Shown: positions 47,659 to 56,934 of the stretch, piece by piece
Numbering within the stretch: the first letter of the stretch is position 1
How the letters are laid out: each line of letters starts with the position of its first letter
Assembly (NCBI GenBank): GCA_964481655.1
Contig: CAYZVO010000004.1
Coordinates: forward strand, 1,702-65,701
Reading direction: 5' to 3'
Length of the DNA stretch: 64,000 nt
DNA from: an uncultured Enterobacterales bacterium
GTDB lineage: Bacteria > Myxococcota_A > UBA796 > JAFGLY01
Position numbers and translations under genes: made by a program
The notes under the pieces: generated by a model
The model's input: the letters and a program-made list of their open reading frames with translations, nothing else
What the model was told of the DNA's origin: nothing
Database searches by the model: none

Positions 47659-50340
47659 TCAGTGGGCCTCGTCCCAGCTCCGGCCGGTCCCCGTCTCCAC
47701 CACCAGCGGCACCGCGAGCTCGGCGGCGCCCGCCATCTCCTGGACCACCGCGTCGCGCACCGCGTCGAGCTGATCCTCGGGCAGCTCGATGAGCAGCTCA
47801 TCGTGCACCTGCAGCAGCAGCCGCGCGTCGGGATGCTCGGCGAGCAGCCGGGCCTGGACTCGCACCATGGCGATCTTCATGATGTCGGCAGCCGTCCCCT
47901 GGATGGGTGTGTTCACCGCGATGCGCTCAGCGGCCTCGCGCACGTGACGGATCCGGGCGCCGAGGTCGGGCACCATGCGGCGCCGTCCGAAGCGGGTGGT
48001 GGCCACCCCGTGCTCCTTGGCGTCGGCGATGGCCTGCTCCACGTAGGCCTTCACCTGCGGATAGTGCACGAAGTAGTCGTCGATGATGCGCTGGGCGCGG
48101 CGGCGGTTGATCCCCAGCTCGTTGGACAGGCGGAACGCCGACATGCCGTAGATGATACCGAAGTTCACGGCCTTGGCCGCGCGGCGCTGGTCCGGGGTGA
48201 CGAACAGCGGGGCGACCCCGAAGACCTCGGCGGCGGTGCGCTTGTGGATGTCCTCGCCCGTGCGGAAGGCCTCCACCAGGGGGCCCGACCCACAGTAGTC
48301 GGCCAGCACCCGCAGCTCGATCTGGCTGTAGTCGGCGGAGAGGAAGACCTGGCCGGGCCTGGCCACGAAGCAGTGCCGGATGCGGCGCCCCTCTTCCGTG
48401 CGGATGGGGATGTTCTGCAGGTTGGGGTCCATGGAGGACAGGCGCCCGGTGGCCGCCACCGCCTGGTGGAACGAGGTGTGGATGCGCCCGTCGCGGGGGC
48501 TCACGGCGGTGGGCAGCGCCTCCACGTAGGTGCCCAGCAGCTTGGTGACAGCCCGGAACTCCAGCAGGGCCGAGGGCAGGCGCCGTTCGGGGTGCCGGGA
48601 CGCGAGGGCCTCGAGGGTCGCCGCGTTGGTGGAGCGCCCCGTCTTGGTCTTCTTGATGGGCTCGAAGCCCTGCTCGTCGAAGAGCACCGCGGCCAGCTGC
48701 TTGGGGGAGGCTACGTTGAACTCCCGGCCCGCGAGCTCGTGGATCTCCGCCACCAGCTCCTCGATCCGGGCGGACAGCTCCACCGCCATGCCCTCGAGGG
48801 CCGGCACGTCGACGCCGATGCCCTCGAGCTCCATCTGTGCCAGCACCGGGATGACGGGCAGCTCGATGTCGCGGTACAGCGCGCCGAGGTCCTCCTCGCC
48901 GATGCGCTCCTCGAAGCGCTGGTCGAGCAGCCAGGCCACGTGGGCGTCCTCGGCGGCGTAGGCGGTGGCGTCCTCGATGGCCACGTCGGCGAAGCCTTGC
49001 TCGTCGGACAGACCGTCGGTGACTTCCTTGTAGGAGATCATGCGGTGTCCCAGGACCCGCATGGCGATGTCGTCGAGCTTGCGGCTCGTCCGCCCTGTCT
49101 CGAGCAGGTAGTCGGCGAGCATGGTGTCGCCGGCGATGCCCTCGAGGCGGTGACCGAGGGCCAGCAGGACCTGCAGGTCGTACTTGAGGTTCTGGCCCGT
49201 CTTGCCCACGGAGGGGTCCTCGAGCAGGGGGCCGAGGATGGCCAGGGCTCGATCCACCGGGAGCTGCTCACCGGCGCTGTGGCCGACGGGCACGTAGACC
49301 GCGTCGTCGGCGGACCAGCACAGGGCGAAGCCCACCAGCGCCGCCTCGAGGGGATCGAGGGAGGTGGTCTCGAGGTCGAAGGCGAAGCGACCCGCCGCCC
49401 GGCAGCCGGCCACCACCGCCTCGAGCTCGCCCTCGCTGCGGACCGTGCGGTAGCGGCCGCGATCGATGCCCGACGCGGCCTCGGCGCCGCCCTCGGACTG
49501 CAGCTCCTTCATGTGGTTGCGCATCTGGTAGCGGAGGAAGAGCTCGTGGAGGGCCTCCACATCCCGCTCGCGGCGGGCGAGGTCCTCGAGGGTGACCCCC
49601 GTGTCCATGTCGCGGACGATGGTGACCAGGGTCTTGGAGAGCCGCGCCTGATCGGCGAACTCCCGCAGGTTCTGGCCCATCTTGCCCTTGATGCCCGGCG
49701 CCGCGGCCAGCACGGCCTCGAGATCGCCGTGGGCTTTGACCAGCTTGGTGGCGGTCTTCTCCCCGATGCGGGGCACGCCCGGCACGTTGTCGGAGCTGTC
49801 ACCCCACAGGGCCAGGATGTCGATGATGCGGTCCGGGGGGACGCCGAAGCGCTCCAGCACCGCGTCGGCGTCCATCACCGTGGGCTTGCCGCCCTTGAGG
49901 TTCAGGATGCGCACGTGATCGCCCACCATCTGGGCGAAGTCCTTGTCGCCGGAGACGATCCAGACCTCGAGCTCCTCGCCGGCGTGCTGGGCGGCCAGGG
50001 TGCCGATGACGTCGTCGGCTTCGTAGCCGACAGGCGTGATGGTGGTGTAGCCCCAGGCCTCGATGAGCTCCGGCAGCTTGCCCCACTGCTCGCGGAGCTC
50101 TTCGGGCATCGACGGACGGTGGCCCTTGTAGTCGGGGAACAGGTCCACGCGGAAGCTCGGGCCCTTGTCGAAGACCACCGCGCAGTAGTCGGGCTTCGCC
50201 TCCCGATCGAGCCAGCGCAGCAGGTTGGCGAAGCCCATCAGGGCGCCGGTGTGCTGGCCCCCCGCGGTGAGCCGGGGCATCGCGTGAAAGACCCGGAAGG
50301 CATGGTTGGATCCGTCGATCAGGTAGAGCGTGCGTGACAT
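47659..50340 (-). CDS. polA: DNA polymerase I
   Basis: Start trimmed to MSRTLYLIDGSNHAFRVFHA (5'-nuclease). RRAAKAVNFGIIYGMS (motif B), LLLQVHDELLIE (motif C). 893 aa. Confidence 0.95.
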   Translation of the reverse strand: MSRTLYLIDGSNHAFRVFHAMPRLTAGGQHTGALMGFANLLRWLDREAKPDYCAVVFDKGPSFRVDLFPDYKGHRPSMPEELREQWGKLPELIEAWGYTTITPVGYEADDVIGTLAAQHAGEELEVWIVSGDKDFAQMVGDHVRILNLKGGKPTVMDADAVLERFGVPPDRIIDILALWGDSSDNVPGVPRIGEKTATKLVKAHGDLEAVLAAAPGIKGKMGQNLREFADQARLSKTLVTIVRDMDTGVTLEDLARRERDVEALHELFLRYQMRNHMKELQSEGGAEAASGIDRGRYRTVRSEGELEAVVAGCRAAGRFAFDLETTSLDPLEAALVGFALCWSADDAVYVPVGHSAGEQLPVDRALAILGPLLEDPSVGKTGQNLKYDLQVLLALGHRLEGIAGDTMLADYLLETGRTSRKLDDIAMRVLGHRMISYKEVTDGLSDEQGFADVAIEDATAYAAEDAHVAWLLDQRFEERIGEEDLGALYRDIELPVIPVLAQMELEGIGVDVPALEGMAVELSARIEELVAEIHELAGREFNVASPKQLAAVLFDEQGFEPIKKTKTGRSTNAATLEALASRHPERRLPSALLEFRAVTKLLGTYVEALPTAVSPRDGRIHTSFHQAVAATGRLSSMDPNLQNIPIRTEEGRRIRHCFVARPGQVFLSADYSQIELRVLADYCGSGPLVEAFRTGEDIHKRTAAEVFGVAPLFVTPDQRRAAKAVNFGIIYGMSAFRLSNELGINRRRAQRIIDDYFVHYPQVKAYVEQAIADAKEHGVATTRFGRRRMVPDLGARIRHVREAAERIAVNTPIQGTAADIMKIAMVRVQARLLAEHPDARLLLQVHDELLIELPEDQLDAVRDAVVQEMAGAAELAVPLVVETGTGRSWDEAH

Positions 50341-50407
50341 GGGCCTCTCGATGCGGGGAGTGCTATCTTCCACCCCTTCGTAACCCCCCTCCCCCCTGGA
50401 GAGCGCC

Positions 50408-51562
<1,155 letters not shown>

Positions 51563-51605
51563 CATCCGCACGACAGCGCCCCGGCGAGGGCGTCGAGACA
51601 CCGTG

Positions 51606-51627
51606 GGTCACGCCGTCCGGCGTGGCC
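51606..51627. promoter_or_regulatory. imperfect palindrome GGTCACGCC-GTCC-GGCGTGGCC; candidate enhancer (UAS) or ivd 3' hairpin
   Basis: About 95 bp upstream of the sigma-54-type -24 element and about 45 nt after the ivd stop. No U-tract. Confidence 0.25.
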
Positions 51628-51709
51628 CGCGCGCGCTCAGGAACGAGCGCCTGGCGGGCCGCGCTGTGTAGACAGCGTTCGAAGTGGGATTTCGCGACCC
51701 CGAAACCCT

Positions 51710-51725
51710 TGGCACGTCAAGTGCA
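51710..51725 (+). promoter_or_regulatory. candidate sigma-54 (-24/-12) promoter TGGCACG-TCAA-GTGCA
   Basis: Matches TGGCACG-N4-TTGC with correct GG/GC spacing and one mismatch (GTGC). 155 nt upstream of the 51880 lipoprotein gene, in a 317-bp lower-GC intergenic region. Confidence 0.5.
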
Positions 51726-51879
51726 TGACCTGAAATCGAACCTAGCAAACGTCGCTTTTCTGCCTTCATCCCTTGACGCGGCGGTCCTACCATGCGAGAT
51801 CGCCATCACCGGCTCGGATCCCAATACAGGTGGGGAACCACCGGTTTCTACACAACCCCCCCCTTTTCGGGAGAAAACG

Positions 51880-52197
51880 ATGAAGCGCCTTCCGGCCCTG
51901 CTCGCCCTCGCCACCCTCGTCGGCTGTGGCTACGACTACGACACCTTCGGCGATGACACGCTCCAGACCTCCTGCGACAAGATGCAGGAGTGCGAGTTCT
52001 TCACCGACTACTTCACCTACGATGACTGCCTGGCCCTCGGCGATGTCGAGGACACCGGCGGTGAGGAGTGGGTCTGTGAGGACTACGACTCTGGCGCCGC
52101 CAAGGAGTGCGTGGACGCTTGGGCCGCCGTCTCCTGCGACGACTTCCTGACCGGCACCGGTCTCGAGATCTGCGACGACGTCTGCAGCAACGACTAG
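51880..52197 (+). CDS. small Cys-rich lipoprotein (105 aa)
   Basis: MKRLPALLALATLVGC lipobox. Eight further Cys. Acidic. Confidence 0.65.
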   Translation: MKRLPALLALATLVGCGYDYDTFGDDTLQTSCDKMQECEFFTDYFTYDDCLALGDVEDTGGEEWVCEDYDSGAAKECVDAWAAVSCDDFLTGTGLEICDDVCSND

Positions 52198-52239
52198 TTC
52201 CGCTTCGGTGTGGTGCCTCTGGCACCACGCTGGACCAAC

Positions 52240-52299
52240 GGAGGTCGATGGCCCGCACACCAGTGGGTCTTGACCTCCGTTCTTCGTTGTGGAGGTCGA
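52240..52299 (+). promoter_or_regulatory. SD / anti-SD / SD-mimic triplet upstream of the second lipoprotein gene
   Basis: GGAGGTCGA (52240-52248), TTGACCTCC (52270-52278), GGAGGTCGA (52291-52299, the RBS), then ATG at 52302. Confidence 0.3.
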
Positions 52300-52301
52300 C
52301 G

Positions 52302-52613
52302 ATGAACCATCGCACCTGGGCCGTCCTGCTCCTGGCCGCGACGGGGTGCTACCCCGCCGAAGACTTCCAGGAGGACTCCGCCCTCGCCCGCTGCGCCCTG
52401 TACGAGGAGTGCGGCTACCTCAGCTTCATCGGAGTCGAGGACTACGACGGATGCCTGGAGCTGCTTCGCTCCGAGGCCTACGCCTGCGTCGAGTACGACG
52501 CCACGGCCGCCGAGGCCTGCGTCACCGCACTCGAAGAGCTGAGCTGTGATGAGTACAGCTCCGGCTCCTTCCCGATGGAGTGTGTCGACGCCTGCACCAT
52601 CGCCGACGACTAG
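52302..52613 (+). CDS. small Cys-rich lipoprotein (103 aa), paralogue of 51880-52197
   Basis: MNHRTWAVLLLAATGC lipobox. The Cys pattern is alignable with the upstream gene (C..ECxY...DYDxCL...C.EYDxxAAxxCV....LSCDEY....C.DAC). Confidence 0.65.
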   Translation: MNHRTWAVLLLAATGCYPAEDFQEDSALARCALYEECGYLSFIGVEDYDGCLELLRSEAYACVEYDATAAEACVTALEELSCDEYSSGSFPMECVDACTIADD

Positions 52614-52681
52614 CGGTCCAGCGACCGTCGTCGGCGTGGAGTGCCCGGCCCGCCTAGGTGGGCCGCGCCGTCATGCGCCCC

Positions 52682-53005
52682 TTAGAGGGCCTCTTCGACG
52701 AAGGCCTGCAGCTTGTCGCGGGACAGCGCGCCCACGCGCTGGCCGACCACCTGACCGCCCTTGAAGAGCAGCAGGGTGGGGATGGAGCGCACGCCGTAGG
52801 TCATGGCGACCTGGGGGGCGTTGTCGACGTCGACCTTGCAGACCGCGAGGCGGCCTTCGTACTCACCGGCCATGTCGTCGACGAGGGGGGCGATGGCCTT
52901 GCAGGGCCCGCACCAGACGGCCCAGAAGTCCACGAGCACGGGGACTTCGGACTTCAGCACGACGGCGTCGAAGTCGGCCTGGGAGACGTGGTTGGCTTTG
53001 GACAT
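52682..53005 (-). CDS. trxA: thioredoxin
   Basis: Start trimmed to MSKANHV (GAGGAG RBS). VLVDFWAVWCGPCK active site. 107 aa. Confidence 0.95.
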   Translation of the reverse strand: MSKANHVSQADFDAVVLKSEVPVLVDFWAVWCGPCKAIAPLVDDMAGEYEGRLAVCKVDVDNAPQVAMTYGVRSIPTLLLFKGGQVVGQRVGALSRDKLQAFVEEAL

Positions 53006-53196
53006 GGGGATCTCCTCGGGGTGCACGCGCGGGGGTGAAGGCGTCCGGCGCGCCGCGTTGAACAGGGCTGGAATATGCCACCCAGGAGGGCAGGGGCAAG
53101 CCCTGTGCGAAACCTCTCACAATGAGCGCACCGAGCCACGATTCCCGTCTTGTCGATGCCTGAGGGGTGATTCTCTTTTGAAATTGTAATAAAAAC

Positions 53197-54867
53197 GTGG
53201 TTCGGCATCTGCAGCGAGACATCACCCTGTTCACCTCCACCCTCCCCTCCGGCATCGACTGGCACGACGCGCGTACGCTCGAGCCCCTCGACGGTCCCCT
53301 CGCGCGCTACCCGCTCGCCAGGGTGGTCCTGCTCGCGCACCGCACCAAGGCCAGCGGGCTGCTGCGCGTCTTCGATGGCGAGACCAGCCACGGCTTCGGC
53401 CTGCGGGACGGCAAGGTGGTCAGCGTCACGGGTGTCGAGGCCCTGCTGCGGGACCTGCTGCCCGACGACCAGGGCGAGCTCGAGCTCGAGGCCGCCGTGG
53501 GCAAGGCCATGGCCGGCGGTCACGCCCTCGAGGCCGTCCTCGACGAGGCCGGCAAGAGCGTGGGCCGGGCCCTGGCGGGCTGGTGCCTGACCGACATCGG
53601 CATCCTCTCGTTCAAGCCGGACCCCTCCCCCTCGAACAAGGGCTTCCCTCTCCCCAAGAGCCTCATCGCCCTGCTCTCCCACGGCCTGTACTCCCTGGGC
53701 TCCCCCGCCCAGGGTCAGAAGCTGCTGCAGGCTCAGCCCGGGGACCCCATCGCGGTGCTCCTGCCGTCGGGTACCGGTGAGGATCGGCCGGGCCTCGACG
53801 CGCTGTCGCTGCGGGTGCTCAACCTGGCCCGCGCCCGCCCCCCGTCCCCGCAGCGGGGCGCGCCCCCCCCCCGCGCAACCCGCGCGCGCCGCCGCGAGGT
53901 ACTTCATCGCGTCTATCTGCTGCACCGCATGGGGCTGCTGCATCTGCCCGAACCGGCCCTGCAGACCGACGAGGAGACCCAGCGGGTTCCCCGCCGGCGA
54001 CAGCGGAAGCGCCGCACCCCGTCGCGCTCACCCGAGCTGTCCCGCACCCCCGAGCGCAGGCCCGGCGGCGAACGGCGCAGCTCCAAGCCCGAAGGCCCCA
54101 CCCCCGAACAGCAGGTGGCCAAGCTGCGCAAGCGGACCGAGATGCTCCGCGCGCAGAACTTCTACCAGCGCCTGGGCCTGGGTGAGGCCGAGTCCAAGCC
54201 CACCCCCAAGGACTGCGACGAGGCCTTCCACAAGCTCTCCCGGCGCTACCACCCCGACGCCCAGGGCGACAGCACCACCGAGGTCCGCGACGCCGCCGAG
54301 GACGTCTTCGCGCTGCTGAGCGAGGCCATCGAGGGCCTGCGCAAGAAGCGGGTGGCCGAAGAGCAGTGGGAGCGCACCCGCTGCGCGCAGCAGGGCAGGC
54401 CGTACGTCACCGACCGCGATCGCACCAAGGCCAAGATGTCCTTCAAGAAGGGCGAGCGGCTCTTCAGGAACCGGGACTACGCCATCGCGGAGGCCTGCTT
54501 CCACGAGGCCAAGACCAAGGATCCGGAGACGCCCACCTACGCCTTCTGGCACGCCTACTCGGCCTACCTGGCCAAGCAGATGCCCGCGGACGAGGCCCTG
54601 AAGATCCTCACCGCGCTCAAGCCCGAGACCCAGCAGCAGTCCTCCGAGTTCCACTTCACCATCGGCCGCATCCTGCGTCTGTCCGGTGGCGACGAGACCA
54701 AGGCCATCGAACACTTCGAGAAGGCCGTCGCGGCCAACCCCGACAACCGCGACGCTCAGCGGGAGCTGCGCCTGGTGGCCATGCGCACCGACACCAAGGC
54801 CAAGGCGAGCGGCACCACCTTCGGCTCCTTCCTGGACCGCTTCCGCCGCAAGTCCAAGGACGACTAG
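53197..54867 (+). CDS. J-domain protein with N-terminal DUF4388-like region and C-terminal TPR-like repeats
   Basis: NFYQRLGLGEAESKPTPKDCDEAFHKLSRRYHPDAQ (HPD motif). C-terminal helical repeats FKKGERLFRNRDYAIAEACFHEA... GTG start, uncertain. Confidence 0.7.
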   Translation: MVRHLQRDITLFTSTLPSGIDWHDARTLEPLDGPLARYPLARVVLLAHRTKASGLLRVFDGETSHGFGLRDGKVVSVTGVEALLRDLLPDDQGELELEAAVGKAMAGGHALEAVLDEAGKSVGRALAGWCLTDIGILSFKPDPSPSNKGFPLPKSLIALLSHGLYSLGSPAQGQKLLQAQPGDPIAVLLPSGTGEDRPGLDALSLRVLNLARARPPSPQRGAPPPRATRARRREVLHRVYLLHRMGLLHLPEPALQTDEETQRVPRRRQRKRRTPSRSPELSRTPERRPGGERRSSKPEGPTPEQQVAKLRKRTEMLRAQNFYQRLGLGEAESKPTPKDCDEAFHKLSRRYHPDAQGDSTTEVRDAAEDVFALLSEAIEGLRKKRVAEEQWERTRCAQQGRPYVTDRDRTKAKMSFKKGERLFRNRDYAIAEACFHEAKTKDPETPTYAFWHAYSAYLAKQMPADEALKILTALKPETQQQSSEFHFTIGRILRLSGGDETKAIEHFEKAVAANPDNRDAQRELRLVAMRTDTKAKASGTTFGSFLDRFRRKSKDD

Positions 54868-54883
54868 CCCGCCAGCGGCCCAG

Positions 54884-55915
54884 CTAGCTCAGGAACAACC
54901 CGCCCAGCTCGTCCACGCGCTCGAGGGCTGTGGCGGCGCCCTGGACGGTGGTGGAGAACGGATCCTCGGCCAGGACCACGGGCAGCTGGGTGCGGCGGCC
55001 GATGGCCTCGTCCATGCCGGCCAGCAGCGCGCCGCCGCCGGTGAGCAGGATGCCGGTGTCCACGATGTCGCTGGCCAGCTCCGGCGGGGTGCGCTCGAGG
55101 GTCGCCACGATGGCGGAGACGATGTCGTCCACGCCGGGTGCCAGGGCCTCGACCACCTGCTCGGAGCGCAGGTCCACCCGCCGGGGGAAGCCGCGGGCCT
55201 TGTCGCGCCCAGCCACGGCCATGGAGGCCTGGCGGGCGCCGGCGATGGCGCCGCCGATGCGCTGCTTGATCTCTTCCGCGGTGCACGGGCCGATGAGCAG
55301 GCCGTGCTCGGCTTCGACCATGCGGGTGATGGCGGCGTCCATGCGGTCGCCGCCGGCGGCGATGGTCTTGGCGTGCACGATGCCGCCCAGGGAGATCACG
55401 GCGATCTCAGTGGTGCCACCGCCCACATCGACCACCATGTTGCCCTCGGGGGCGGCCAGGGGGAGGCCGGCGCCCAGGGCGGCCGCCAGGGGCTGCTCCA
55501 TGAGCTGGACCTGGCGCACCCCCGCGGACTCGGCGCACTCGCGCACGGCGCGCTTCTCGACCTCGGTGGTCCCGAACGGGATGCAGATGACGGCCTGGGG
55601 TCCCACCAGCGGCTTGCGGCCCAGGGCGCGCAGGAGCAGGTAGCGCAGGAGCTCTTCGGTGGCCTGGAAGTCGGAGATCACGCCGTCGCGCAGAGGGCGG
55701 ACGACGGAGACCGCGCCGGGGGCGCGCCCCAGCATGGCCCGGGCCTCGGTGCCGATGGCCAGGGGCACCCGCGCCCCCGTGTCGTCCTCGCGGAACGCCA
55801 CCACCGTCGGCTCCCGGCAGACGTCGCCTCGGCCAGCGAGGCAGAACAGCGTGTTCGAGGTGCCGAGATCGATGGCCAGGTCCTGGGACAGGAGGCCTGA
55901 GACGGAGTCGAGCAT
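54884..55915 (-). CDS. mreB: MreB-family actin-like protein
   Basis: Start trimmed to MLDSVSGLLSQDLAIDLGTSNT. RPLRDGVISDF, VVDVGGGTTEIAVISLGG, ILLTGGGALL. Confidence 0.85.
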   Translation of the reverse strand: MLDSVSGLLSQDLAIDLGTSNTLFCLAGRGDVCREPTVVAFREDDTGARVPLAIGTEARAMLGRAPGAVSVVRPLRDGVISDFQATEELLRYLLLRALGRKPLVGPQAVICIPFGTTEVEKRAVRECAESAGVRQVQLMEQPLAAALGAGLPLAAPEGNMVVDVGGGTTEIAVISLGGIVHAKTIAAGGDRMDAAITRMVEAEHGLLIGPCTAEEIKQRIGGAIAGARQASMAVAGRDKARGFPRRVDLRSEQVVEALAPGVDDIVSAIVATLERTPPELASDIVDTGILLTGGGALLAGMDEAIGRRTQLPVVLAEDPFSTTVQGAATALERVDELGGLFLS

Positions 55916-56004
55916 GGCGGGGCTTCCGTGGTATAGAGCCGGGGTCCTCGCAACATAGCACCCCCGGCTCCCCGCGGGAGGCGCCACAGCAACCTGGAGT
56001 GCCC

Positions 56005-56829
56005 ATGCGTCGCTCGTTGATCTGGTCCCTCGCCATCGTCCTCTGCGGCTACGTGGTGCTGGCCTGTTCCAAGGTGCCGATCCTGGGTCGCCGCCAGCTC
56101 AACCTCATCCCCGACGCCATCATGCTGCCCATCGGCTCGAGCGCCTACAGCAGCACCCTGGCCACGCTCAAGGTGGCCCACCGGGGTGAGAAACACGAGA
56201 CCGTCCAGCAGGTGGGCGAGCGCATCGCCAAGATCGCGGGCGCCAACAAGTACGAGTGGGAGTTCGCGCTGGTCCGCGACGACGAGACCGTGAACGCCTG
56301 GGCCCTGCCCGGCGGCAAGATCGCCATCTACACGGGGGTCCTGCCCGTCTGCAAGCACGAGGCGGGGCTGGCCTTCATCATGGGCCACGAGGCCGGCCAC
56401 GTGGTCGCCCGCCACGGCTCCGAGCGCCTCTCCCAGCAGCTGACCGTCCTCGGCGGCCTGGCGGGGCTCTACCTGTACATGGACAACAAGACCGAGCTGT
56501 CCCAGGAGCAGCAGGCCATCATCCTGGCCGCCGCGGGTGTGGGCAGCGAGGTGGGGCTGGTGCTGCCCTTCTCCCGCAAGCACGAGCGCGAGGCCGACGT
56601 CATCGGCATGATGTACATGGCCGGAGCTGGCTACCCACCGGAAGAGGCCATCGACATCTGGGGTCGCATGGAGTCCGCCGGCTCCGGCGCGGCCCTGCCG
56701 GCCTTCCTCTCGACCCACCCCTCCTACGACGATCGCGAAGAGAACCTGCGGGAGTGGCTGTCCAAGGCCGAGCGCCGCTACGAGCGCAACAAGCGCGCCG
56801 GGGACAGCACCGAGACCCTCTGGCGCTGA
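56005..56829 (+). CDS. M48-family zinc metallopeptidase lipoprotein
   Basis: GGAG RBS before ATG 56005. Lipobox VVLAC. VNAWALPGGKIAIYTG and HEAGHVVARH (HExxH). Confidence 0.85.
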   Translation: MRRSLIWSLAIVLCGYVVLACSKVPILGRRQLNLIPDAIMLPIGSSAYSSTLATLKVAHRGEKHETVQQVGERIAKIAGANKYEWEFALVRDDETVNAWALPGGKIAIYTGVLPVCKHEAGLAFIMGHEAGHVVARHGSERLSQQLTVLGGLAGLYLYMDNKTELSQEQQAIILAAAGVGSEVGLVLPFSRKHEREADVIGMMYMAGAGYPPEEAIDIWGRMESAGSGAALPAFLSTHPSYDDREENLREWLSKAERRYERNKRAGDSTETLWR

Positions 56830-56883
56830 GCGGCCCTCCGGAGCGTCGACCATCAGCGCTGAACGCGCTATGAGGCGCCACCT

Positions 56884-56917
56884 CCGGATCCGCGCGCGCG
56901 GATCCGGCTCACTTTTG
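56884..56917 (+). terminator. Rho-independent terminator
   Basis: 24-bp perfect palindrome CCGGATCCGCGCGCGCGGATCCGG followed by CTCACTTTTG, 55 nt after the M48 stop. Confidence 0.75.
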
Positions 56918-56934
56918 ATCGATCAGGAGCTCCC

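Noticed and set aside
47353-50337. A 994-aa plus-strand ORF opposite polA. Similar long antisense ORFs are 4484-7009, 38051-39838, 39766-41328, 32219-34648 and 60847-63192.
   Set aside because: Each lies opposite a gene with unambiguous family motifs, and their own translations lack any recognisable motif.
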